Source of the DNA: Lytechinus pictus
Lineage: Eukaryota
DNA length: 64,000 bases
Assembly (NCBI RefSeq): GCF_037042905.1
Contig: NC_087251.1
Span: forward strand, 3,784,001-3,848,000
Direction: 5' to 3'
Shown: positions 36,010-48,320 of the stretch, piece after piece
Layout: each line of letters starts with the position of its first letter
Position numbering within the stretch: position 1 is the stretch's first letter
The notes under the pieces: model-generated
What the model was told of the DNA's origin: nothing
Database searches by the model: none
The model's input: only the letters and a program-made list of their open reading frames with translations
Position numbers and translations under genes: made by a program

Positions 36010-37516
36010 AGGGGATTTGGCTTGAAAGGGGGAAGGGGGTTCTTCCAAGTACCCTACATTTTAGTGGAAGGGGATCAAATTGGCCTTTATATATATTGCA
36101 CCTACTGGGTTTGAGGGGTATAACTATAAATTATGTTTTGGCTTAAGGAGGGGGGGGGGTACTTCAAAGAACTCTACATTTCAGTGGAGAGGGATCAAAT
36201 TGGCCTATATAATATTCCCTTATTGTACCTACTGGGTTTTAGGGGCATAAACTATTTTAGGGACTTGAAGGGGGGGGTACTTCCAAGAACCCTACATTTA
36301 ATTGGAGAGGGGATGAAATTGGCCTATATATATTACCGTATTGTACCTACTGGGTTTTAGGGGCATAAACTATCTTTTGGCTTGAGGGGGGGGGGTACTT
36401 CCAAGAATCCTACATTTAATTGGAGAGGGGATGAAATTGGCCTATATATATTACCGTATTGTACCTACTGGGTTTTAGGGGCATAAACTATTATTTGGCT
36501 TGAGGGGGGGGGGTACTTCCAAGAACCCTACATTTAATTGGAGAGGGGATGAAATTGGCCTTTATGTATTACCGTATTGTACCTACTGGGTTTTAGGGGC
36601 ATAAACTATTTTTTGGCTTGAGGGGGGGGGGGGTACTTCCAAGAACCCTACATTTAATTGGAGAGGGGATGAAATTGGCCTATATATATTACCGTATTGT
36701 ACCTACTGGGTTTTAGGGGCATAAACTATTTTTTGGCTTGAGGGGGGGGGGTACTTCCAAGAATCCTACATTTAATTGGAGAGGGAATGAAATTGGCGTA
36801 TATATATTACCGTATTGTACCTACTGGGTTTTAGGGGCATAAACTATCTTTTGGCTTGAGGGGGGGGGGTACTTCCAAGAATCCTACATTTCAGTGGAGA
36901 GGGATCAAATTGGCCTATATAATATTCCCTTATTGTACCTACTGGGTTTTAAGGGCATAAACTATTTTAGGGACTTGAAGGGGGGGGGTACTTCCAAGAA
37001 CCCTACATTTAATTGGAGAGGGGATGAAATTGGCCTATATATATTACCGTATTGTACCTACTGGGTTTTAGGGGCATAAACTATCTTTTGGCTTGAGGGG
37101 GGGGGGGTACTTCCAAGAATCCTACATTTAATTGGAGAGGGGATGAAATTGGCCTATATATATTACCGTATTGTACCTACTGGGTTTAAGGGGCATAAAC
37201 TATTTTAGGGACTTGAAGGGGGGGGGGGGTACTTCCAAGAACCCTACTTTTAATTGGAGAGGGGATGAAATTGGCCTATATATATTACTGTATTGTACCT
37301 ACTGGGTTTTAGGGGCATAAACTATTTTTTGGCTTGAGGGGGGGGGGGTACTTCCAAGAACCCTACATTTAATTGGAGAGGGGATGAAATTGGCCTATAT
37401 ATATTACCGTATTGTACCTACTGGGTTTTAGGGGCATAAAATATTTTTTGGCTTGGGGGGGGGGGGTACTTCCAAAAACCCTACATTTAATTGGAGAGGA
37501 GATGAAATTGGCCTAT
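36010..37516 (+). repeat. ~120-bp tandem array, left foldback arm (about 12-13 units)
   Basis: Unit G(n)TACTTCCAAGAACCCTACATTTAATTGGAGAGGGGATGAAATTGGCC...CTGGGTTTTAGGGGCATAAAC. Confidence 0.95.
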
Positions 37517-37687
37517 TAAACAGCCTGAAAACATAAATAATACAGCTCTTCTAATGTTTTCTATGTTGATGAATTCATTTATGATAGTAATTTTCCATTT
37601 TAACCAATGCCAATGCCTTAATTAGAATTACTGGCTCAATGCACTAATTAACATCTATGTGCAATATATCAAGTATATATTCCTATG

Positions 37688-37960
37688 ACCGGTGTGTTGT
37701 CTCAGTTGGTAGAGCGTCCGTCTCACAACCGGGAGGTCGGGGGTTCAAACCCCGCCTGCGTCAGACCAAAAGACGTTAAAGATGGGAGTTGCTGCTACCC
37801 TGTTTGACGTTCAATGATTAAAGGGATAGAACCTCGTCCATCCGGTGCTGCACAGCGGCCGCCGGGCCCGCGATCAATTGGGCATAGCAAATTTTCGGAC
37901 TATTTCATTTCATGTCTCTTTCGAACAATAAATTATGGATTTTCATTTTTTTTTTCATTT
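37688..37960 (+). mobile_element. tRNA-derived SINE (Meta-SINE-like core)
   Basis: tRNA-like head with A and B boxes and an unpaired acceptor stem, then GTCAGACCAAAAGACGTTAAAGATGGGAGTTGCTGC and a TTTTCA-type tail. Confidence 0.8.
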
Positions 37961-38078
37961 TTTCTATGTTAGTTTATATCGAGTGTGCCTGAAAAACATG
38001 AAAAATATATCACTATCCTATGGCTAGTGGTAATTAAAATACAGGTGCAATACATATATTTCGTTGTCTCTGTATTTA

Positions 38079-38956
38079 TTGTGTCGCCTGCTTAGCAGAG
38101 CAAGACTATAGGCGCTGCTTTTCCGACGGCGGCGGCGACGGCAGCGTCGTCAACATTGATATATATATAAAATAAGCAATGCCAATGTCATCATAACTTA
38201 GAAAGTATATGAACCTAGTTCATGAAACTGGGACTTAAAAGTAATCAAGTATTACTGAACATCTTGCCTTAGTTTCAGGTCCCATGACTAAGATCAATGG
38301 TCATTTAGGGCCAATGAACTAAGATCTTGTTGGGGGAATACATATCAAAATCTTAACCAAGGATAAGTTTTAAAAATGTCGTCATAACCTAGAAAGTATA
38401 TGGACCTAGTTCACGAAACTTAAACATAAAGGTAATCAAGTCATACTGAATACCCTGTCTTAGTTTCAGGTCACATGACCTAGGTCAAAGGCCACTTAGC
38501 GTCAATGAACTTTGACCATGCTGGGGGTATTTGTGGAATTGTCATAACTTTAAAAGTTTATGGATCCACATGTAGTTAATGAAATTTGGACATAAGTGCA
38601 ACCATGTAGGCCGATCCCTGTATATCCTGTGCGCATGTCAGGTCAATTAAATGACCAAGATCAAAGGTAATGTAAGGTCAATGAACTTTGGCCATGTTAG
38701 GGGTATTTTTTAACTTGGCATCATATCTTAGAAAGTTTATGGATCTAGTTCATGAAACATAAACATATGGGTAATCAAGGATTGTTTTGCACACATGTTA
38801 GGTCACTTGATCATGGTCAAAGGCCATTTTGGATCGATGGACATCATATGAATTGTTCTTACGTGAATATTTTATGCAATAACTGTTTTCAAAGTCAAAA
38901 CTGCTGCTATATCAAATCACGTAATGCAGGCGAGACTGCCAGAGGCGATCCACTTT
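38079..38956 (+). mobile_element. DINE-1/HINE-like element, diverged copy 4
   Basis: Reverse complement of 11615-12731, including the (GGC)n tract and subterminal inverted repeats. Confidence 0.75.
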
Positions 38957-40029
38957 GATTAGCTCATTATGCCAATCATTAAGCTAATTTTACAACATTA
39001 ACATTGTTTTAATGAAATACGATATCATAAATGAATTCCTCGTCATAGAAAACTATGAAATAGCTGTATTATTTATGTTTTAGGGCATTTTTTAAATATA
39101 AAATGGCAAAGGAATATATATTTATATGTAATTATATTGCAGATATACTGTATGTTAATTAGCGCATTATGCTAGTAATACTAATTACGACAATTACATT
39201 GGTAAAAAGGGGGAAAATAATGTCAGAAATTAATTCCTCGTCATAGAAAACCATGGGATAGCTGTATTATTCATGTATTCGGACATTTTCGATATAAAAT
39301 GACAAAGGAATGTATATATTGCACATATATGGTAATTATGCTAATTACGACAATTACATTGGTAAGAAGGGAAAATAATGTCATAAATGAATTCCTCGCC
39401 ATAGAAAACTAGCTTAGGGTACATGTAGCTGTATTAATCATGTTTTCGGACATTCTCGATATGAAATGACAAAGAAATATATATTTTTATATGTATTACA
39501 CATATACATATATATATGTTAATTAGTGCATTATGCTAATTATGTTAATTACAGCAATTTCATTGGTTAAAATTGAAAAATATGGTCATAAATGAATTCC
39601 TCGCTATAGAAAAACCCTCAAAGGGATGCATTGTCTACGTATTGGGCATTTTTTGGATAGACATCCACAAATATACATATTGCACTTCAATGCTAATTAG
39701 CTCATTATGCTAATTGGGATTATTACGATAATTGCATAACTTAAATATTTAAATTATTGCTTTAAATTGATTCCTCGTCACGGGACCTCTTAGTAAAATT
39801 ACTTTTTTTTTAAATCTTTCTGGTTTAAGAGAAGTAGCATATATTACATATCGTAATATGCTAATTAGATGATTATGCTAATTAGGCTAATAAAAATTGC
39901 TCAAGGTTACCAAGGTGGCAACCAAGCTGAATTTACTTCAATACCCATCTAGAACACAAATCAACAAAAAAACCTTGTACTTAACAACTTTTCCAGTTTA
40001 AAAAAATTTCTACTGGACTATCTCTCGTC

Positions 40030-40880
40030 TTTTCACATGAAAAAAAAACAGATGCTCGTATAAGTTTCTTCAGTATTCCCACAAAACGAACATTCACTAT
40101 CTGAGAAAATTTTGAATAAATGTAAATATTTCTTCGTGTATATTAATTAAAGCATTTTAAATTGAAACTCTCTAAGCCTACTGCTTAGAGTACATTTTCT
40201 GGGTCTTGAAAATATAGCACAGATATCTTTCGGAGAAATTATATGTCTTCTCTATATTATTAAACGCATACGATTTTTCCAATTTAATACTTAAAAAGTG
40301 CCTTGTATATTTTCTTGGATGTAACGTTTGGTTAACTGTTAATCTTACAATTAAATATAAATTGTAGATTTAGACCAGTGTCTTCACAGTTGTCGTTTTT
40401 CTTCAAAAGGTGTTTCCATGTTGCTGGAATATTTTTTAAAAATGTGTAAACTTTATCTATTTCATTTCCATCTAACCCCATTTTCAGAAAGTATCTAGGA
40501 GATTTGATGATACCTTCCTTGTCAACAATATGATGCAATTTATAATGTATATATTTTTAAGAAATGATTTTTCATCAAATAGCATTTGCCCATTTAGTCC
40601 AATAAGTTTGTTGTTAAAAAATATCTCATTTCTTTTAGATGTTTCTTTTTTAAGAAGTACTTCTTTGGTAACGGCCCAAATTTCCAACATATCCATATAA
40701 AATTTTGGCAATGATAGTTTACAGATATTCAGTGAAGTATTAGTGAATAATAACAAAAGTCCTCCTACATCACGGGTTCCATATATAAAAAAAAAACGTT
40801 TCCATCCTATTCTGAATCTCCTGTCAAAAGCCTTTTCAGCCACACGACTCTTTGTGCATATACAAATAAATGAAAATCTT
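40030..40880 (-). pseudogene. L1/Tx1-type LINE ORF2 C-terminal fragment (decayed)
   Basis: AQRVVWLKRLL...LPKFYMDMLEIW...NNKLI...RLREFQFKML...CSFCGNTEET zinc knuckle; stops and frameshifts. Confidence 0.8.
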
Positions 40881-41984
40881 GATTACTAAATCAATTACAT
40901 AAAAAGATGAGGTTTTGATCGCACGCTTGTCTTTGAGAAGAATACCGGTACTTGATTCCACGATTTTTCTAAAAGATGTTGATGATTGTTTCTGATTCAT
41001 GCAAAAGGAGAGAATTAGCTGCAAACGCATTACCGACACTCCAAACTTCGACAAGACTGGTGTTCCTTTATTGTCATTTGAAATTCTTGTTCATTCGTGA
41101 CTGACTGTGTGATTGGTTCCTCCTCTTCATAGTCACTCGCTTCAAAGGTCTCCTCGTCTGTTGTGTAAGGCCACGTCTTGATCCACTGCTATACAGATCA
41201 GCCCCCCACCCCCAAAGAAATCCATGTCCGATGAAAAAAATAAATGGAAAAAGGAAACGAAAAGGATGAAACATTACTGAACCTTCTGGGGAAAACAAAC
41301 AGTCATTATTATCAATGGCTCTTAATAGAGTGATCCGTTTCATTTGGAACAGAAGTGTAGGCTTTATGATTTCACTCACAATTAATGCAGGAACATGAAA
41401 TTAATGTGTGCCATTGGTTGTGGTTTTTTATATCATACCTAGTTAGAACAAATAAAACATACAATGTTATCTCCAATTACTAATACAGCTCCCCCACCAT
41501 TGGGCCTACATTATAAATGGGGAATAAAAATGAATAAAACTGAATGTCATTTATATTTTCTGATATGTTTTATTTATTGTAATTATTGCATTATAAATTT
41601 TGTTGGAAAAATGAATAAATAAATAAATGAATGAATGAAATGAAAAAGACGGATTAAGTGTATCACTTCATTGAGTTAGATTCCATAAAAAAAAATGTTA
41701 CTAATGGTCATCCATCCATGACACTTTCAATTCTTGTCATAAGCAATTAATGTAAACATTTCAATATCATTTTATATTTATGCCAAATAGTATTAATGGC
41801 AAATTCTATCATTCTATATTGGCAAATAAACTGTACATACCTGTACCTTTCTCCAATTAGGATATGGAGAGTTTTTTATCAGGGAAATGTCAACGCATAG
41901 GCATTTGGAAGTGGATGGCCCAGGCTTCCTGATGCTTCATCGATGACATCACCCCTTCAAAAATTATCACTCCATACCCCTGCA

Positions 41985-43090
41985 TGGAGTCAGTTGTTAC
42001 TCTATTATAAAAATTATCTTTTGATAATTGACGACCAATATCTTTACTCAGTATCGACTACAAAATTGCAGCTCGGGTTTTAGCGATGCGTTTAAAGAAA
42101 ATTTTATCATCATTAAACTGATCAATGTGGATCGGCATGCGAAAATGTTATGCTTGCTAAAGATATTATTGACTCTTAATTGTAAATTTAAAAGTTCCTG
42201 TGGCATTATCAATTTTTTTTAGATTTTCTAAAAGCATTCGACAATGTGAACCACTCATTTCTGTTCAAAACATTAAAGTTTAAGGAATCGTTTATAAGTT
42301 GGACTAAGATGTTACATAAACATGCTCAAGGTAGAGTACTACAATGCATGTGGTTGGTTATCAGAATAAAGGTGTAAGACAAGGGTGTCCATTGTCAGCA
42401 TAGTGGTTTATTTTGTTTTCAGAGATTTTAGCAATTCGTATTAAAGAAAATGATAAAATCAGAGGTATAGATGTTTCAGGGTATTGTTTATGCTTACCAC
42501 ACAGAAAGATCAAAATAACACTGTTCGCAGACGATACGACGATATTCATTAATTCGATTAAATCCCTTCATAATATTATGAAAGAGATAAATAATTCCGG
42601 TTCCAAAAATTCCAAAGTAAATTGGAATAAGACAAACATGTTAAAAATAGGGATATTTAACTTAGAAAGATAAGAAGCGAGTTTGATTTTACCGATGATC
42701 CTGTCAAGTATTTAGGAATGTTTGTGTGTGGGGGGGGGGGGGGGGGGATGAAGAGTATATACGAAAGCTCATTTGTGAAGGGAAAATTGAAAAGGTCAAT
42801 AACATACTAAAAGCATGGAAAATGAGTCAGCTTACATGTAACGGTATAATTATAAATATGAAATGTTTAATTGTGCCTCAAATCGTTTATGTTGGTACGT
42901 TTATTCCAATGCCAGACTATGTATGCAAGGGTTTACATAAGATATGGAATTCAAAGCGTGAGAAAGTTAAACGTAATGTTTGTGTCAGACCGATAGATGA
43001 AGGTGGTCTTGGTATGATCGATCTATATTTGAAATCAAAATCACTTATATTGTCTTGGATAAATTCCTTTTTAAAGAGGGATTTTGGGTA
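41985..43090 (+). pseudogene. L1/Tx1-type reverse transcriptase fragment (decayed)
   Basis: N*RPISLLSIDYKI, DFLKAFDNV, GVRQGCPLS, LFADD, KYLG and EGGLGMID motifs, with stops. Confidence 0.88.
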
Positions 43091-43531
43091 GAAATTGGCA
43101 CTTAAATGGCACTTTAAAAATAGGCACTTACACGAGAAAGGGGTTTTCAGGCTCCTCCTAAGGTGAAAGGAGCATAGTACACGTTCATGATGGGACATTT
43201 TTATTGCGTAAAAAGATGGTGGACACTGTGCCCCCCCCCCCCCGCATGACAGTAAAAAATCCGGCTCGCGATTTGCACTCGCATTAATTGTTAAAACTAT
43301 ATTAACGCATGCATTTGATAAATACAAAAGTACAAAAATCAAAAGGCCTTAATATCAACAAACTTCTTGCTCATATTAGGCTTATTAGATTAATGAATAC
43401 ATAATAACATTTTGATGAAATCCGAATAATCGAATGTGCCCCTTTTTAAGAATTGGAAATCGACAAGTTTCATCTCGCACTGAGAAAGAGGAATAGGAAA
43501 ACAGTCATCATTTTTACATGGTTACGCATAG

Positions 43532-44350
43532 CATAGGCGGATCCAGTGGGGGGGGGGCTGAGGGGCCCGCCCCCCCCCCCTATTGGCAGAGCAAAAAAAA
43601 AGAAAAAAAAAGGGGAAAGAAAGAAAAAAAAGAAAAAGAGAGGACCAAAAAAAGGAGAAACATAAGAGGAGGAGGACGAGTGAATAAAAAAAGATGAGGG
43701 GAAGAGCTGGAAAATAATTTTAAAAGTATTTCATGTCACCATACAGTATAAAATTTTCGCTCGCGCTTCGCGCTCTCATTGACTTTTAGGTGATTTCTAT
43801 ATATCTTGCTTAATACAGAGCTTAAGTATACAATTTTGAAGTCAATATACAAAACATATTGCAACTCGGAAATTTAACTTTCATTATTTTGTTTGATTTA
43901 CAATTTTTTTTTAAATGTGCTCTGTAAAAATTTCTTGTTTTATGGTCTGAATATTAATATTTTCAGCTTGCGACGCGCTCGCAAAATTTGATTATTCAGG
44001 TACCTATTATTTTCCTGTACTCCAAAAAGTTATCAAAACTTAAGATCCCTATTCACGTCAGATTGTCAAAACGTATCGGCTTGCGCTGCTCGTTCGCGTT
44101 TTCCATCGTTGAAATATGGATCGTCTTATTGGCTATCTGCAAACAGGTCCCTTTCGATCAGGCCAGAACGTACATTAAAATATTTTGCGCTCACACTGTT
44201 TGAATGGGGCGTATGAGATTATAAGGTTACAAGAATAAAGCAAATAAAAGAAGTGTCAATTACAACTACCCCTTTACCGATCGAGGAAAATATGGTTGAA
44301 CAAATTTGTGCCCCCCCCCCACATACTGGCAAAAGTTGAATCTGCCCCTG
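43532..44350. mobile_element. Shortened, diverged copy of the CATAGGCGGATCC family
   Basis: Aligns with 14085-14620; degenerate right end TTGAATCTGCCCCTG; no TSD seen. Confidence 0.65.
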
Positions 44351-44446
44351 TACCAATGCGTCATCATGTGATTGAAAGCCAATAAAATAGTTTCTACCCC
44401 TAAAACCCAGTAGGTGCAATATATATAGCCCAATTTGATCCCCTCT

Positions 44447-45009
44447 CCCGGGGGGGGGGGCACTTCCATTCACGAGTGGATACCATGCGCGACCATGGGG
44501 TCTCGAAAAGCACCCTAAACACGTAATTTCCATATTCTGAAAATGCACCCCTTAACAAGTATTGGCGTGTGAAACCCTACCCGCCTTAACAAGTGTTGGT
44601 AACAAAACGATACTCTTGGCAAATGTTTCCTGAAATGAACCCCTAAACAAGTACAGGAATTTTTTATTGTTACGGGTCCTTCGGTCGTCGGCTTTACCTT
44701 ATTTTGGTTTAGTACGACCCCACCTTCTACACCTCGCGTAAATCGGACTCTAAACACGAAGTGTTGGGGCAAAATGGACATCCTTTATAAAACATTTAAA
44801 TTTTGTTTTATCATTCCCGCAAATTCGACCCTAAACACGTAATTTTCCTAGCGAAATAGACACCCTTTTTTTCATTATTTTGTGTTTTTGACACCCTTAT
44901 CACGTTACGTACGTAACGTGCCCTATGGTGAAAAGGACATCCTTTTTACGTGTTTTTTTGGTCGCGCATGGTATCCACTCGTCAATGTAAGTGGCCCCCC
45001 CCCCCCCGG
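44447..45009. mobile_element. CCCGGG-ended MITE inserted in a foldback array unit
   Basis: TIR CCCGG(G)nCACTTCCATTCACGAGTGGATACCATGCGCGACC; TCCCCTCT(C) duplicated on both sides. Confidence 0.85.
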
Positions 45010-47225
45010 TCCCCTCTCCACTCAAATGTAAGGTTCTTGGAAGTACCCCTCCCCCCTCAAGCCAACAAATAGTTTATTCCCCTAAACCCCAGTAGGTACA
45101 ATACGGTAATATATATAGGCCAATTTCATCCCCTTTCCAATTAAATGTAGGGTTCTTGGAAGTACCCCCCCCCCCCTCAAGCCAAAAAATAGTTAATGCC
45201 CCTAAAACCCAGTAGGTACAATACGGTAATATATATAGGCCATCCCCTCTCCAATTAAATGTAGCGTTCGTGGAAGTACCCCCCCCCCCTCAAGCCAAAA
45301 AATAGTTTATGCCCCTAAAACCAAGTAGGTACAATACGGTAATATATATAGGCCAATTTCATCCCCTCTCCAATTAAATGTAGGGTTCTTGGAAGTACCC
45401 CCCCCCTCAAGCCAAAAAATAGTTTATGCCCCTAAAACCCAGTAGGTACAATACGGTAATATATATAGGCCAATTTCATCCCCTCTCCAGTTAAATGTAG
45501 GGTTCTTGGAAGTACCCCCCCCTTCAAGTCCCTAAAATAGTTTATGCCACTAAAACCCAGTAGGTACAATATGGTAATATATATAGGCCAATTTCATCCC
45601 CTTTCCAATTAAATGTTGGGTTCTTGGAAGTACCCCCCTTCAAATCCCTAAAATAGTTTATGCCCCTAAAACCCAGTAGGTACATTACGGGAATATATAT
45701 AGGCCAATTTCATACCCTCTTCAATTAAATGTAGGGTTCCTGGAAGTACCCCCCCCCCTCCCCCCCCCCCCTCAAGCCAAAAAAAAGTTTATACACCTAA
45801 AACCCAGTAGGTACAATAAGGGAATATTATATAGGCCAATTTGATCCCTCTCCACTGAAATGTAGAGTTTTTTGAAGTACCCCCCCCCCCCCTCAAGCCA
45901 AAAAATAGTTTATGCCCCTAAACCCCAGAAGGTACAATACGGTAATATATATAGGCCAATTTCATCCCCTCTCCAATTAAATGTAGGGTTCTTGGAAGTA
46001 CCCCCCCCCCTTCAAGTCCCTAAAATAGTTTATTCCCCTAAAACCCAGTAGGTACAATACGGTAATATATATAGGCCAATTTCATCCCCTCTCCAATTAA
46101 ATGTAGGGTTCTTGGAAGTACCCCCCCCCTCAAGCCAAAAAATAGTTTATGCCCCTAAAACCCAGTAGGTACAATATGGTAATATATATCTAGGCCAATT
46201 TCATCCCCTCTCCAATTAAATGTAGGGTTCTTGGAAGTACCCCCCCCCCCCTCAAGCCAAAACATAGTTTATGCCCCTAAAACCCAGTAGGTACAATATG
46301 GTAATATATATAGGCCAATTTCATCCCCTTTCCAATTAAATGTAGGGTTCTTGGAAGTACCCCCCCCCCCCTCAAGCCAAATAATAGTTTATGCCCCTAA
46401 AACCCAGTAGGTACAATACGGTAATATATATAGGCCAATTTCATCCCCTCTCCAATTAAATGTAGGATTCTTGGAAGTACCCCCCCCCCCCTCAAGCCAA
46501 AAATAGTTTATGCCCCTAAAACCCAGTAGGTACAATACGGTAATATATATAGGCCAATTTCATCCCCTCTCCAATTAAATGTAGGGTTCTTGGAAGTACC
46601 CCCCCCCCCCCTCAAGCCAAAAAATAGTTTATGCCCCTAAAACCCAGTAGGTACAATACGGTAATACATAAAGGCCAATTTCATCCCCTCTCCAATTAAA
46701 TGTAGGGTTCTTGGAAGTACCCCCCCCCCCTCAAGCCAAATAATAGTTTATGCCCCTAAAACCCAGTAGGTACAATACGGTAATATATATAGGCCAATTT
46801 CATCCCCTCTCCAATTAAATGTAGGATTCTTGGAAGTACCCCCCCCCCCTCAAGCCAAAAGATAGTTTATGCCCCTAAAACCCAGTAGGTACAATACGGT
46901 AATATATATAGGCCAATTTCATCCCCTCTCCAATTAAATGTAGGGTTCTTGGAAGTACCCCCCCCCCCCTTCAAGTCCCTAAAATAGTTTATGCCCCTAA
47001 AACCCAGTAGGTACAATAAGGGAATATTATATAGGCCAATTTGATCCCTCTCCACTGAAATGTAGAGTTCTTTGAAGTACCCCCCCCCCTCCTTAAGCCA
47101 AAACATAATTTATACCCCTCAAACCCAGTAGGTGCAATATATATAAAGGCCAATTTGATCCCCTTCCACTAAAATGTAGGGTACTTGGAAGAACCCCCTT
47201 CCCCCTTTCAAGCCAAATCCCCTCG
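45010..47225 (-). repeat. ~120-bp tandem array, right foldback arm (about 18 units)
   Basis: Reverse complement of the 36010-37516 units. Confidence 0.95.
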
Positions 47226-47285
47226 AATTAAGATGACCTTTGACCTTGTTCAGGTGACCAGCAATAAGTTGATATTAAAAGTAAA

Positions 47286-47732
47286 CAGTAGAGGCGCACG
47301 GCCAATATTGGAGACTGTCTCCAATGTGGGAGATTATCTCCAATATCAGAGACTTTTGTAAAGAATTTGGGTATCCAATTTCAGAGACAGTCTCCAGTTT
47401 TGGAGTCCAATTTCCTTTGTTTACATTTGCTGCAAAAGGATTACCTTGGCGGCAAATAAAAATGTGATGAGCAGATTCCTCATGAAAAATTACCCCTTTT
47501 CACCGTCTACTTTAAATATTCACCTTCTACTTTTGTTTTGATAAGGATTTTAGTTGTCAATCACACACAAAACAAATGGGCTTCTGACCTCAGTGAGACA
47601 AAATTTTTGGTGGAAAAAATCATGCTTTTGTTGGTGTTGTTTCTTTTGTCCTTTTGCAAAGCAAGTCTCCAATGTGGGAGATTGTCTCCCCTATTGGAGA
47701 GAGTCTCCCATATTGGCCGTGCGCCTCTACTG
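47286..47732. mobile_element. MITE with 5-bp TSD (hAT5-like), second copy
   Basis: Same TIR as 33362; GTAAA duplicated; the left foldback arm shows the empty site. Confidence 0.9.
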
Positions 47733-48207
47733 GTAAAGCTCAATTACCCTTACATTCAAATTTCTTGGGAAAAATACAATTATTTTGTTAAAAATTTCAC
47801 CCTAAATGACCTTTGACCTTGATCATGTGACCTTCAACTCGGTCAGTTAAACTTGATTGCCCTAATGCCAAAGTTTCAAGAAAAGATCCAGCTATAACAT
47901 GCGAGACAACAATGATGAAAACAGCTCAATCATATTTGAATATTTGCCCTTTTAGCCGTCCATACTATGCTGGGATGATTTGCTGAAGTTAGAGGCCGGT
48001 AATGTATACAGATATTTTACGCCCCTAAAACCCAGGATTACCATTTTTTGAAGATAGTCTTTTGCTGGAATGAGTAATCAAGGATAAGCCAGAAAACGTA
48101 TTTTTATATCAACCTGTGTCCTGTAGCTGTCTCAAGCTCATCTCAGACTCCCACTTTTTCTCAGAGTCAGAGTCGAGTAACTAGTCAGCTTAGAGCCAAA
48201 CACCTAC

Positions 48208-48217
48208 GCGCATGCGC
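48208..48217. promoter_or_regulatory. NRF1-type site GCGCATGCGC in a CpG-rich patch; candidate promoter
   Basis: Exact consensus palindrome; function is inferred. Confidence 0.4.
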
Positions 48218-48262
48218 GCGCGCGAGATGTTTACAGATTATTTGCAAAGGTTCTTTGCCACT

Positions 48263-48320
48263 TGATTTGATTGATTGATTGATTGATCGATCGATTGATT
48301 GATTGATTGATTGATTGATG
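48263..48320. repeat. (TTGA)n microsatellite
   Basis: Seen directly. Confidence 0.9.

Larger units (their letters stand above)
35643..48042. mobile_element. 12.4-kb foldback-type DNA transposon with satellite-containing inverted arms
   Basis: Arms 35643-37516 and ~44375-48042 are reverse complements; termini GGTAATCC / GGATTACC; 8-bp TSD ATTTTTTG at 35635-35642 and 48043-48050. Confidence 0.9.

Noticed and set aside
37691..37765. tRNA-Val(CAC) gene
   Set aside because: Acceptor and T stems are mispaired and it continues into a SINE body and tail. The same applies to the tRNA-like heads at 55580-55652, 32370 and 8176.
40890..41380. Transposase remnant inside the foldback
   Set aside because: Only short acidic frames, with no DDE or zinc motif I can recognise; it would need a BLASTX/HMM search.
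40030..43090. One LINE with a twin-priming 5' inversion
   Set aside because: The geometry fits, but the two pieces overlap in protein position with different sequences (DFHLFVYAQRVVW versus DLYLKSKSLILSW) and lie 1.1 kb apart, so they are separate insertions.
36010..47225. CRISPR-like array
   Set aside because: Units are near-identical over their full length with no unique spacers, there are no cas genes, and the context is eukaryotic.
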